Below, in pieces: positions 1-11,735 of a stretch of 64,000 bases of DNA. The position numbers and the translations under genes were made by a program. How positions within the stretch are numbered: position 1 is the stretch's first letter; each line of letters starts with the position of its first letter. The stretch is from Malacoraja senta (taxonomy: Eukaryota), in NCBI GenBank assembly GCA_038087875.1, contig JAXLNO010000599.1:62001-126000 (forward strand), read 5' to 3'. The notes beneath the pieces were generated by a model. It was not told the origin of the DNA and did no database searches. It saw only the letters and a program-made list of their open reading frames with translations.

Positions 1-19
1 GATACTAGGGCTTGTGTGC

Positions 20-418
20 GTGTGTTATAGACTGGGACTTTTGTTCTTTGGAGCATCAAAGGCTGGGGGGTTAACCTTATTGAGGTGTACAAGATCATTA
101 AGAGCATGGGTAAAGTAAATGCTCAGTCCTTTTTCCAGGGTAGAGGATTTTAAATCTGGAGAACATAGGCTTTAGTTGAGTAGGGAGAGATTTAAGAGGG
201 ACTTCACTGCAACTTCTTCATTCAGAGGAATGAGCTGTCAGAGGAAGTAATAGAAGTCGATACAATTATGACTTTTAACAGACATTTGAATGGATATATG
301 GATAAGAAGAGTTCAGAGGGTTATGCATGCAAATGGGGCTTGCCCAGTATGACAACTTGTTTGGCATAGATATCGTGGGCCGAAGGTCCTGCTGCCATAC
401 TATACAGCTCTATAACTC
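20..418 (+). mobile_element. Old CR1-clade LINE 3' fragment
   Basis: Degenerate match to the CR1 ORF2 C-terminus (GLxSLE..L..DLIEVYKI) and 3' UTR seen in younger copies in this window. Confidence 0.7.
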
Positions 419-2071
419 TGTGGCATGCATACCAGACCCCATCCATTTCAGCACACACTTTAGAACTCTGCCATACAGTTTATATGGTCTCATTGTTTCT
501 GCTAGACTGTAAAAGCAGCCAATTCACATTTTGAAGACTTTTAAATTCCACATTATTAGTTCAACTTGTAGGTAGGGAACAATGTGAGCATCAGAGTGCA
601 GATGTTGAACATTGTTTTCTCTCAACGTTGATGGCAGCACTACCCCAGCCTCCACCATGTTAGAATTCACTCATTGGCACTCTTGTCTCAGTAGTACTGG
701 ATGTATGCATTTAAAAAATGTAAATACGTTAAATATCATTTCACTTTGCAAATCTGATGACTTCCTTGTTAATCAACATTAAAACCCTGACTGTGATTAA
801 ATCCATGACAATATGAAATTTTATTTGACCAAATGCTACAAGACCTTAACATTGCATTAACAAATTCTGTTATGGTCTTCATGATTTTTTAAAAACTATT
901 TTGTATAACATTTTTTGAAAGACATTTTTTATGAAAGAAATTACATTGTGTTTATTAATTACGATGAACAATGAATTTACCACTCTCCATTAACTTGAGA
1001 TAATCCAGAACTCTGCTGCTGTTGTCCGGATTTCAGTTTTAAGTCCCATTCATCTGTCACTTCAATGCTAGATGACCCACAAAGACTCACGCTGAATAAT
1101 GCCTTGATTTTTAATATACTCTTCTATATTCTTAAATCCATCTGCTGTTTTGTCCTTCCCTATCATTGCTCTTGACAACCTTCAGAAATATCTATGCTCT
1201 TCCAATGCTGGTCTCTCTATCATTCTGAACTTAATCACTCCACCACCAGCAGGCAGCAATCTCAGGAATTCTCTCCTAAAATATTCCTGACTTTTTCCTT
1301 CTTTGTTTCATAAAATTTATCTCATTGGCAAGATTTTGGTCTTGCCATCATGGTATCAAAATATGATTGAATAGATTACTGTAAAATGTATGTGTAATTA
1401 CATTGCCAGTTAATTTTCCTATTTAAAGATATTGTTTCAAGATATTGTGTAGAATATGTCATTATTATTGTACTTTTTCCATGTTGTTTTCTCCTTTGTG
1501 ATTTTTGCAGGTAACAGATTTGTTAACTGGGTTATTTAATTAATTAGTTGCATGCAAAATAATTTCTTCAAATGTGAATGTTGAAGAATTTGATTCAAAT
1601 ATATTAATATAATTATATAAATTAAAACGAAATTTAAATTAATGCTACACAAATACCATAAACATCATAGAAACATACGTAAGATACGACCTGAAGGTGG
1701 TGCTGTAATGTGCAAAATCAATTGCACTACAACAGAATGTTTTTGATCCTTGTATTGGTTAATTTGTGATTTTACATGCATTTTCCCCAAAGGGAAAGTT
1801 AGCTTTTTAATGCATTCTGGAAAATTCTTTACTTACACTGCAAGGTATTTTTATATTTCTGTAAAGCATCAGAAAATGAATTGTTGCAGTGCTCAGCAAT
1901 CTGTGGAAAAATGTTTTACCTTTCTGCACCTGGACTTTTCATTGTCATTCATTTGCCACAAATCCATTATTGTAGTGTTTTGAAGTCCTTCATCATTATT
2001 TCCAGACAATTTAATAGGTTGAAAAGAAGACCACACTTCTCGAGAGTAAACCCGATCATTATATTGTATCC

Positions 2072-2497
2072 GTGGGGGGGGCGGGAAAAAGAAAGGAAGA
2101 GGCGGAGGCAGTGGGCTGTGGGAGAGCTGGGAAGGGGAGGGAAAAGAGGGAGAAAGCAAGGACTACCTGAAATTGGAGGTCAATGTTCATACTGCTGGGA
2201 TGTAGACTACCCAAGCGAAATATGAGGTGCTGCTCCTCCAATTTAATTCTCCAATTTCAGGTAGTCCTTGCTTTCTCCCTCTTTCCCCTCCTCTTACCAG
2301 CTCTCCCACAGCCCACTGCCTCCGCCTCTTCCTTTCTTCTTCCCGCCCCCCCCCCCACCCCCACATCAGTCTGAAGAAGGGTCTCGACCCAAAACGTCAC
2401 CTATTCCTTCGCTCCATAGATGCTGCCTCACCCGCTGAGTTTCTCCAGCATTTTTATCTACCTTCGATTTTTCCAGCATCTGCAGTTCCTTCTTAAA
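2072..2497 (+). mobile_element. Penelope-like element fragment with 5' inversion and 15-bp TSD
   Basis: TSD CATTATATTGTATCC at 2057-2071 and 2498-2512. Inverted arms at about 2074-2178 and 2249-2353. The minus-strand ORF EEQHLIFRLGSLHPSSMNID matches the GIY-YIG C-terminus at 22800-22890. Confidence 0.85.
2371..2398 (+). ncRNA. Degenerate minimal hammerhead ribozyme-like motif in Penelope pseudo-LTR
   Basis: CTGAAGA-A-GGGTC(TC)GACCC-AAAA-CGTC. The GAAA box has a G>A change here but is intact in sister copies at 9760 and 23153. Confidence 0.6.
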
Positions 2498-2734
2498 CAT
2501 TATATTGTATCCAGTAGCTTTCCTTATTTTAACAGAAGAATGACCCTGTGGATTCATGTTATGGGGTTACTTCTGATCTATGTACATCCCCTATATGAGA
2601 TATTCCTCGATTCATAGAATCATACAGCACGGAAAGAGATCTTTTGGCTCAACTTGCCCATGTCGCCCAAGATGCTCTACCTACACTAATCCATCTGCCC
2701 ACGTTTGGCCCTTATCCCTCTAAACCTTTCCTAT

Positions 2735-3508
2735 ACATAGATACATAGAAAATAGGTGCAGGAGTAGGCCATTCGGCCCTTCGAGCCTGCACCGCCATTC
2801 AATATGATCATGGCTGATCATCCAACTCAGTATCCCGTACCTGCCTTCTCTCCATACCCCCTGATCCCCTTAGCCACAAGGGCCACATCTAACTCCCTCT
2901 TAAATATAGCCAATGAACTGGCCTCAACTACCCTCTGTGGCAGAGAGTTCCAGAGATTCACCACTCTCTGTGTGAAAAAGTTTTTCCTCATCTCGGTCTT
3001 AAAGGATTTCCCCCTTATCCTTAAGCTGTGACCCCTTGTCCTGGACTTCCCCAACATCGGGAACAATCTTCCTGCATCTAGCCTGTCCAACCCCATAAGA
3101 AATTTGTACGTTTCTATAAGATCCCCTCTCAATCTCCTAAATTCTAGCGAGTATAAGCCAAGTCTATCCAGTCTTTCTTCATATGAAAGTCCTGACATCC
3201 CAGGAATCAGTCTGGTGAACCTTCTCTGCACTCCCTCTATGGCTATAATGTCCTTCCTCAGATTTGGAGACCAAAACTGTACGCAATACTCCAGGTGTGG
3301 TCTCACCAAGACCCTGTACAACTACAGTAGAACCTCCCTGCTCCTATACTCAAATCCTCTTGCTATGAAAGCCAACATACCATTCGCTTTCTTCACTGCC
3401 TGCTGCACCTGCATGCCTACTTTCAATGACTGGTGTACCATGACACCCAGGTCTCGCTGCATCTCCCCATTTCCTAATCGGCCAGCATTTAGATAATAGT
3501 CTGCCTTG
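2735..3508 (-). mobile_element. Young CR1 LINE 3' end (RT C-terminus, 3' UTR, octamer tail)
   Basis: ORF 2827..3321 VRPHLEYCVQFWSP..VQRRFTRLIPG..FFTQRVVNLWNSLP. Near-identical copy at 8937-9307. Confidence 0.92.
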
Positions 3509-3579
3509 GCTATCTATGTATCCCCCCAAATGTCTTTTAAATGTTGTAGTACTTGCCTCAACTACCTACCTGGACAGCT

Positions 3580-3747
3580 TCTTCTGCTTCTGTCGTGTGT
3601 CTTTTAGACCTGCAGCTCCGTTGAGGCGAGTCGGGCCAACGTGTCATCGTCCAGATCAATCAGACCTCGTTCACCATTCGGTGGCTGGTGTTTGGGGCAA
3701 CTGGTGACTATGTGCTCCACTGTCTCTGTTGGGTCCCCACACTCGCA
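3580..3747 (-). mobile_element. Vingi/Ingi-like LINE 3' end with CCHC zinc knuckle and GAA-type tail
   Basis: TSD GGACAGCT at 3572-3579 and 3748-3755. Minus strand reads CECGDPTETVEHIVTSCP...LQV* followed by ACACGACAGAAGCAGAAGA. Confidence 0.75.
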
Positions 3748-4179
3748 GGACAGCTCATTCCATATTCTCTCTGTGAGAAAAGGTTGCCCCTCAGGTTCCT
3801 ATTAGATCTTTCCCCTCTCACCTTAAACGCATGTCCTCTGTCCTTGATTCCCCTACTCTGGATAAAAGACGATCTATTCCCCTCATGATTTTATACACCT
3901 CTATAAGATCATTATTCAGCTTCCTGCGCTCCAAGGAATATTGTCTTAGCCTGCCCAACCTCGCCTTGTAGCTCAGGCCCTCAAGTCCTGACAACATTCT
4001 CATCAATTTTCTCTGTATTCTTTCCAGCTTAACAACATCCTTCGTATAACAGGGTGACCAAAATTGAACACAATACTCCAAATACAGTCTCACCAATTAT
4101 TCTTCCATTTTGGCAAGTCCCTCCGACTTGAAAATGTTTGGTTCTTACAATGCTTTTACCATGAGACAGCTTTCTTTTA

Positions 4180-4448
4180 TCTATATTTATCATATACTTA
4201 TTAAAAGTCTGATCTTGTACGTGTGTATATGTGTATGTATATGTGGTTNNNNNNNNNNNNNNNNNNNNNNNNNNNNNNNNNNNNNNNNNNNNNNNNNNNN
4301 NNNNNNNNNNNNNNNNNNNNNNNNNNNNNNNNNNNNNNNNNNNNNNNNNNNNNNNNNNNNNNNNNNNNNNNNNNNNNNNNNNNNNNNNNNNNNNNNNNNN
4401 NNNNNNNNNNNNNNNNNNNNNNNNNNNNNNNNNNNNNNNNNNNNNNNN

Positions 4449-4498
<50 letters not shown>

Positions 4499-5586
4499 GA
4501 TTTTTGCACCACCTTACGCAGTCGTGGTTGTTACTGTCAACTGCGTTCTATTAGCTCAGTACACGATAGCACTACGAGTTTTCGCCACCTTACTCACCAT
4601 TCTCCTGTGCTGCAAGTCCAACAAGTTTCGTTCCGATCGATAATATATTAAACAATTTATTAAGGTTAAAATATCATAAAAACCGCGCATGCGCAGGTTG
4701 GTCTCCTCTCCTGTCAGTCACCGCCACGCAGATTGGTCTCCTCTCCTATCAGTCACCACAGCGGCAGGGACGGTGACCCCATTCCTGCACCATTGCCACA
4801 CTGATTGGCCGCGTCCGCTGTCTTCCACCGGCGGCGCCCGCCGTTGCACGGTCACAGTCACAGCCACAGACACAGCCGCAGCCGCCGGATGTGGCCTGCA
4901 ATGAGGAGAATATTCCAACGTGAGAGGGAAAGGCGGCGCCCGTCTCGCCCAGCGTTGCACCGCCACAGCCACAGCCGCCGGAGGACGCGGCCTGCGGCGA
5001 GAATATTCCAACGTGAAAGGGAAAGGAGGCGCCCACCTCGCCCGGCACTTCAGTCGGTCAGCAGCGGCCGGAGGGGAAGGTCACAGTTGCCGGAGGGCAC
5101 AGCCACAAATACAGCCGCAGCTGCCGGTGGACGCGGCCCACAGCGAGGAGAGGGAGAGGTGAGGGATGGATTTGGGGAGGAGGAGAGGGAAAAAGATGAG
5201 GGAGGGTGAGGTCAGGAAGGATAGTGGGGGGGATAGGAAGAGGTGAGGAATGGGGAGGTGGGGGATAGCAGCAGGATAGGAGAGGGTAGGGAGGGGAGAG
5301 GATATATGGAGGGAGAGAAGGATAGACTGAGGGTGGGGGAAAGGAGATGGAGGGAGAGGTGAGGGAGGAATTGGGGGAGGGGAGGAGGAGAGAGTTGTGG
5401 GGATGAGGGGAAATGAGTCATGCCTGTGCAGTTAGGGGCTATGGGTGAATGGTGGAACATTGCGTTGGGGGAACGTGTTGCGTTGGGGGAACGGGTGAGT
5501 GGTGGAACATTGCATTGGGGAACGGGTTGCATTGGGGGACCAGGCCTCCCATGTGACAGGGACCCAACGGGTCCCACTTAGTCTAG
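4180..5586 (+). mobile_element. Non-autonomous Helitron spanning an assembly gap
   Basis: A|TC 5' end at 4180 (alternatively 4190). 3' hairpin GGGACCC-AAC-GGGTCCC at 5559-5575, then CTAG|T at 5583-5587. Internal tandem repeats and homology to 59280-59490 and 60970-61110. Confidence 0.8.
4249..4448. other. Assembly gap (200 N) flanked by TG/TA-rich and (GA)n microsatellites
   Basis: Run of N characters. Confidence 1.
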
Positions 5587-6984
5587 TATGTTTTTTAAAA
5601 GTGTTCTGATTTCAAGATTCAAAACAATTGGTAGTCTATATTCCTAGCCTTCCAATAAAACCAAATTAGTTTATATACATTAGTGTCCATGCAGTTTAAG
5701 CTGCTTTATTATGTTAAATTGCTCTATAGTCAACATAAAATTTGTTACACAAGTTTCCAATCCAATAACGTTTACACTCTAATCAAATCTATGAGGTGTT
5801 TTGATCAGTCGGATGTTTTCCCAGATCTGGTGTTACTGTTTGTTGTTCCTTTGGGTTTGGTTAAACTGCAGTGATTTTGTTCTGTAACAGGGATTACGAT
5901 ACATCCTCCTTGAACACAAGAAAACAAGGAGCAGGAGTAGCCACCAGACTACTGTGCCATTCTTCAATCCTGCTGTGCCATTCAATATGATTATGTGCCA
6001 ACCACTGTGCCAACCTCTTCCCCAACACCAGGTGGCAGCTTTTCCTATTCTTACATCTTCCTTGTTTTCACCATGTAAGATGTAAGATTTGCTGTGCTGG
6101 TAGTAGTTGAATTCTTATCACGTCACCTGTTTGAAGGGAGGGCATTTCCTCAGCTGTCCTGCTGAGCTAAAATGTTTGTTTTCCCCCCTGTCCTTCCTCT
6201 GTTTGATCATTCCATTTGGAGTTTTGGATTTCAGCATCTTCTAGATAGAAGCATGCTTCTGGAAGTTTATCATTCAGGACAAGAGGCCAGAAGTTGGCAT
6301 AATTTGGACTGAAAATAAACATTGGTGTCAACATACATCGATGTAACCGGAGATTGAGGTAAGCATCTGTGTATGTTTCTTTTGACTCTCTCAGAAGTCT
6401 TTTGGCTGTTTGTGCAGCATCATCCTGCCTTTATATTATGATTGAATTTGAACTTAGCTGCAACATTTGTACATTCATCTGCGGCAAATTGTGGCCTCAT
6501 ATTTGGTTATGAGAAGTATTGATCTTCTATTTTTCAGCCTACTACATTGTCTACCAATAATGTTAAAGGACTTTAGAACTCAAAAATAATACATTTTTAG
6601 CAAAGGGATGACCAAACTTGAAATCTTCCAGCCATAGATATGGTGAAACAGTTCTCCACAGATTTCAGAATCACTGCAGCAAATTGTGAACTATTGCATA
6701 CAGCCTATCATAATTCAACCAGATTTTCAGCTTTTGGCTGCTAAAATTAAATTTTGTTTCTTTAAGATATACATGCTGCAGCATGATATAGATCTTCCTG
6801 CCTGATGTAGGCAATCTGTCTATTATTTATCTGTAAGCATAAAATCTGTTGCAAATAATATTGCAGACTCTGTCAGAGTTTTGCTTGTGTACAATATTGG
6901 TCAGTTATCTTATATAAAAGCCACTCCAAGACCTTACTGAGACATCAGCTTGACATCAGCTCTTTTCTATCATTTACGTGGAGT

Positions 6985-8350
6985 ATCACTAACCTTGATA
7001 TGAGCATCTCTTTGACCCATTGAACTATTTGCTCAGGGCTGTCCATCTGGCACCATCTGACATCTTTCCTTGAGACCCAATCAGTTTCCAACTACAACAC
7101 TCTCCCCCATCTGGTGGAACCTGTTCTCACCCCAACAACTTTTGACTCCTCTTGCTTTCTTCAGGTGAAAGGTGTAGCCAAGGGCATTCATGTAAGCTTC
7201 AGCTATGCCTGCCCTTTTGTTGGCCATAACAAACAGTCCTTGTTCCAAATATACACTGGCACCATCCCCCAACTCTTTCTCTGCTACATCAATGACTGCA
7301 TTGGGGCTGCCTCCCCAAGAGTTCCCCGCATCCTCATGTTTTACCCCACCTGCTTCTGCATCCAACACAGAATTCTCCAAGATTTCCACCACCAGTCAAA
7401 TCTTCTCAGCCCCATCCCTTTCCACCTTCTACAGAGACAGCTTCATCCACAATTCCTTAGTTCACTCCTCCTTTCCCACCTAAATCACCCCACCCCAAGT
7501 ACTTTCTTCTGCAACCAAGCATAGACTAAGCGATTGTTTCGCTGAACACTTGCATTCAATCCACCAATGCCTACTGGATCTGCTAATCAATTTAACTCCC
7601 CTTCCCATTCCCGTATTGACCTTACTGTCCGGTACCTCCTCCATTGCCAGAGTAAGGCCACATGAAAACGAGAGGAACAGCACCTCATTTTCCGCTCAGG
7701 TAGCTTACAATCTAATGGTATAAACATTGAATACTCTAATTTTAGCTAACTAACCTACAGACAATACCCCCTTTCTCCACTCCACCCACTTTCCCCCCTC
7801 TCTTTTACCTGTACTCCACCTTCAGACCCAATTCACCCCTGCCCCCCTGACCCCATCCCTTTCCACCTACAGTATATTCCGTCCTCTAGCTTCACAAATT
7901 GTGTTTCCTTTTCTCATCTCTGGCCTTTGTGCAACCATCTGCCAATCAAGACTCCCCCTTACCTGTATCCACCTATCACCTGCCAAATTTTGCCCTGTCG
8001 CCCACTTCTCTTCCAGATTTCTCCCCCCGCCCCGTCATCACCACAATCAGTCTGAGGAACAATTCCAACACAAAATATCACCTATTTTAATTATTAGTTT
8101 AGAGATACAACGTGAAAACATGGCCTCCAGCCCATCGCATCCACGCTGACTGGAGCACTCAAAGAAAACCCACAGGGAGAATGTACAAACTTCGTGCAGA
8201 CAGCACCTCTACCGCTGCATCACTGTGCCTCACTAATCATCGTGCTGACTTATTCATGTTCTCCAGAGATGTTAATCCACTGAGTTACTCCAGCACCTTG
8301 TGCCATTTTTGTAAAACAGCATTTTCAGTTCCTTGTGTCTCTGTTTTTCC
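6985..8350 (+). mobile_element. Decayed Penelope-like element (RT and GIY-YIG remnants, pseudo-LTR) with a SINE remnant at about 8100-8235
   Basis: ORF 7114..7524 FLQVKGVAKG..SYAC.FVG..FLCYINDCIG resembles Penelope RT motifs (QxxGxAMG, RYIDD). GIY-YIG-like remnant at 7520-7745. Confidence 0.75.
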
Positions 8351-8936
8351 TTGTTAGCTATCTCTGTGGTTCACATGTCTGACTTAGATGGGGAAGGAAT
8401 ATCTGTTAATAGTTAACAAATCCCAGGAAAGGTTGTTTCCCAGCATTACATCAGATTTTCTATTTCCATCATTCCTTTTGCTAGACCTTGTTTGGTCCTC
8501 TTTATGATGACCACATGGCCTATGAAGGAAGCTTCCTCCGGATTGACCTTTAGCTTCTGAATGCTGTGCATCAATTGCATCTCTCCCATCTGTTCATTAA
8601 GGATTTTGGCTTCCTGTTATTGTCCATCTTTGCCCCATATTTCTCAAAAGGCAAAAATATCAAGCATTGTGATCTTTACTCCAACAAGTGCATGAAACTT
8701 CTGATTCAAACTTGACCAAAATGCTTCTGTTTATTGCTGATCTTAAAAGGCATCTTCGGGCACCAACATATCTTCTGACAACTCTTGACATCTCCCAAAT
8801 GGTGTGCTGAAGATAACTAAAGATGAACAAAACCCATCCTTCTGTAGAACATATTTGTCTAAGCATAACTGCAGCATAATAGGTTTATCTACATACACCA
8901 AGCTTCATACCCACTGGTGTCTGCTGCCAAGAGTCT

Positions 8937-9307
8937 TATAGAAACATAGAAACATAGAAACATAGAAATTAGGTGCAGGAGTAGGCCATTCGGCCCTTCG
9001 AGCCTGCACCGCCATTCAATATGATCATGGCTGATCATCCAACTCAGTATCCCGTACCTGCCTTCTCTCCATACCCTCTGATCCCTTTAGCCACAAGGGC
9101 CACATCTAGCTCCCTCTTAAATATAGCCAATGAACTGGCCTCGACTCCCCTCTGTGGCAGAGAGTTCCAGAGATTCACCACTCTCTGTGTGAAAAAAGTT
9201 CTTCTCATCTCGGTTTTAAAGGATTTCCCCCTTATCCTTAAGCTGTGACCCCTTGTCCTGGACTTCCCCAACATCGGGAGCAATCTTCCTGCATCTAGCC
9301 TGTCCAA
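8937..9307 (-). mobile_element. Young CR1 3' end with (ATAGAAAC)n tail
   Basis: Near-identical to 2745-3090; ORF 9044..9307. Confidence 0.92.
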
Positions 9308-9529
9308 TTTTCAGTTTATTTTTGATAACAACTGGAAATGCTTTGGAGTATGTATGTTTGGAGACTGCTTCCTCTCATGTAGATTTAGATGTTATTTTCT
9401 CTCTAGGTTTCCATTTCCTTATTCATCTAGCTTCATGCATATAGAATTTACATTTGCGGTAGCCCTTAATCTCATCACACACTCTTCCTGTGCTGTTATC
9501 AGTTCCACTTGTTGGGCTGTATATTTACT

Positions 9530-9855
9530 TCCCTTCCGGTTCCACCTACATTCCTTCCTCTGGCTTCACAATTCGCACCTCTTCTATTCTTATCTCATAC
9601 TGTATTTTCATCTCTGGCCTTTGTCCAACTGTCTGTCTATCATAAACTCCCCCTACCTGTATCCAACTATCACTCGCTAGGCTTTGTCTTGCATTACCTC
9701 TCTTCCAGATTTCTTCTCCCACCCCCCACCGCAATCATTCTGAAGAAGGGTCCCAACCTGAAACATCACTATTCATATTATTAGAGATGCTGTCTGATCT
9801 GCTGAGTTACTCCAGCAGTTTGTGTCTTTTTTCATAAATTAGCAGATGCATTTCT
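9530..9855 (+). mobile_element. Penelope pseudo-LTR fragment with hammerhead-like core at 9740-9767
   Basis: CTGAAGAAGGGTCCCAACCTGAAACATC followed by the GATGCTG..CTGAGTTACTCCAGCA motif shared with other copies. Confidence 0.7.
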
Positions 9856-10137
9856 TAATATCTTCATATGTTAATATCTATTTGAACTCTTCAAAATATT
9901 GTTGTGCACAGATCCTCAATTCCTTGTTGTGAGCGCTGTAATAAATTAAACTTGCAGCAACTTGTAGTTCCGATCCAATGATGTTTTACTTACTTGGGTG
10001 GTTACTTGATGATTAATATCTTCTACCATTATTGCATGTTATTCTAATGGCAACATGGGTCTGGAAACAAATCAAGATATAAGGTTACTCAAGAGACTGC
10101 AGCAGTAGCAGTAGTTTTAGATTGCTTGAGCAAAGAG

Positions 10138-10480
<343 letters not shown>

Positions 10481-10622
10481 TAATAGATAATTAAGGAGCA
10501 ATTTTGAGGAAGGAACTTAAAATAATCATTAACACCAGAGACAATGTTTTAGGCAAACTAATGGATGAAGGCTGACAAATTCTCCTGACCTGATGGCCTA
10601 CGTCATTGATTTTTAGAAAAAA

Positions 10623-10788
10623 CTAGACCAAGCGCAGACCCGTTGGGTCCCCCTCCCCCATACGCAATATTCCAACTCACCCATACACGAGGCAATGTTC
10701 AGTAAAAATGGCGACCCCGGCCCGGCAACCCTCCCCCAACTGCGCAGGCGCGGCTGACGGGTCCCACAAATGCACACGAAAGGAAAGA
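10623..10788 (-). mobile_element. Short Helitron 3' fragment
   Basis: A|CTAGACCAAGCGCAGACCCGTTGGGTC is the same hairpin plus CTAG terminus as at 52664 and 61115. The 5' boundary is uncertain. Confidence 0.7.
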
Positions 10789-11394
10789 TATTGAAGGCAG
10801 GAAACTATAGGCCACTTAGCCTAGCTTCTGTCATTTGCAAAATGCTGCAATTCATTATTAAGAAGACAATATGACGTGTTGAAAACTGTAAGGCATTCTA
10901 GCAAAGGCAAAGGTTTATGGTTTTATGAAAGGAGATACAATTTTAGAAAATTTGCCAGAATTATTTAAGGATTTAACAGCGTCGATAGAGGAAAAATAGA
11001 GGGTCCTGGTGAGCCACGAAGGTTGAAGATGGACAGGAAAGGAGAAGGACAACGATTCACAGGATGACTGATGGAAGCAATGGCTGCAACAGGCCTTTAT
11101 AGCCAGCTGCAGTTGTTACTGTGAAATGGCGCCAAAACCTAGCATCTATTGCATATACAATGGACTCAATAGGCTGTTTCACCTGTATCTACCTATCACT
11201 CACCAGGCTTCTCCTCCTCACTCTCAGCTTTTTGCCCCCACCACGACAATGATCTTGAAGAAGGGTCCTGACCCACAATTCACCTATCCATGTTCCCCAT
11301 AAATGCTGCCTGGCACACTGATTTACTCCAGCACTTTGTGTCTTTAAATGTCAGGTTATCCACTTGAAGAGGAAGAATGAGAAAACTAATTATT

Positions 11395-11735
11395 AGTCAT
11401 AGAGCATGAAAAAGGCCGTTCACCCACTGAGACCATGCTGACCATCAACCACCCGTTTACTCTAGTCCTACTTCTATCCTATTTTGTTTTATCCACCCCA
11501 TATTCTCTTCAATCCTCCCTAGATTCTATCCTTCACGTACACACCAGGGACTGTTTACAACAGTAAATTAACCTACAAACCAGACATCTTTAAATTGGGG
11601 TAGGAGAGAAACCGGAGTATCCACAGACCATGTGGTCACATTGAGAACAACACTGATAGTACCCAAGGTCATAATTGTACCTGGGTGTCTGGCACTGTGA
11701 GGCAGTGGCTCTACTAGCTTTACCACTGTACTGCC
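11395..11735 (-). mobile_element. tRNA-derived SINE (HE1/V-SINE-like)
   Basis: Minus-strand head GGCAGTACAGTGGTAAAGCTAGTAGAG; body and CR1-type tail homologous to 50085-50382. Confidence 0.7.

Larger units (their letters stand above)
2614..4097 (-). mobile_element. Older CR1 LINE 3' region interrupted by two insertions
   Basis: ORF 3818..4096 (LEYCVQFWSP..LIEVYKIMRGIDR). Its 3' UTR continues at 3506-3579, 3748-3830 and 2614-2734. Confidence 0.8.

Noticed and set aside
4110..4651. ORFs spanning X runs
   Set aside because: They are artefacts of the 200-N gap and the (GA)n repeat.
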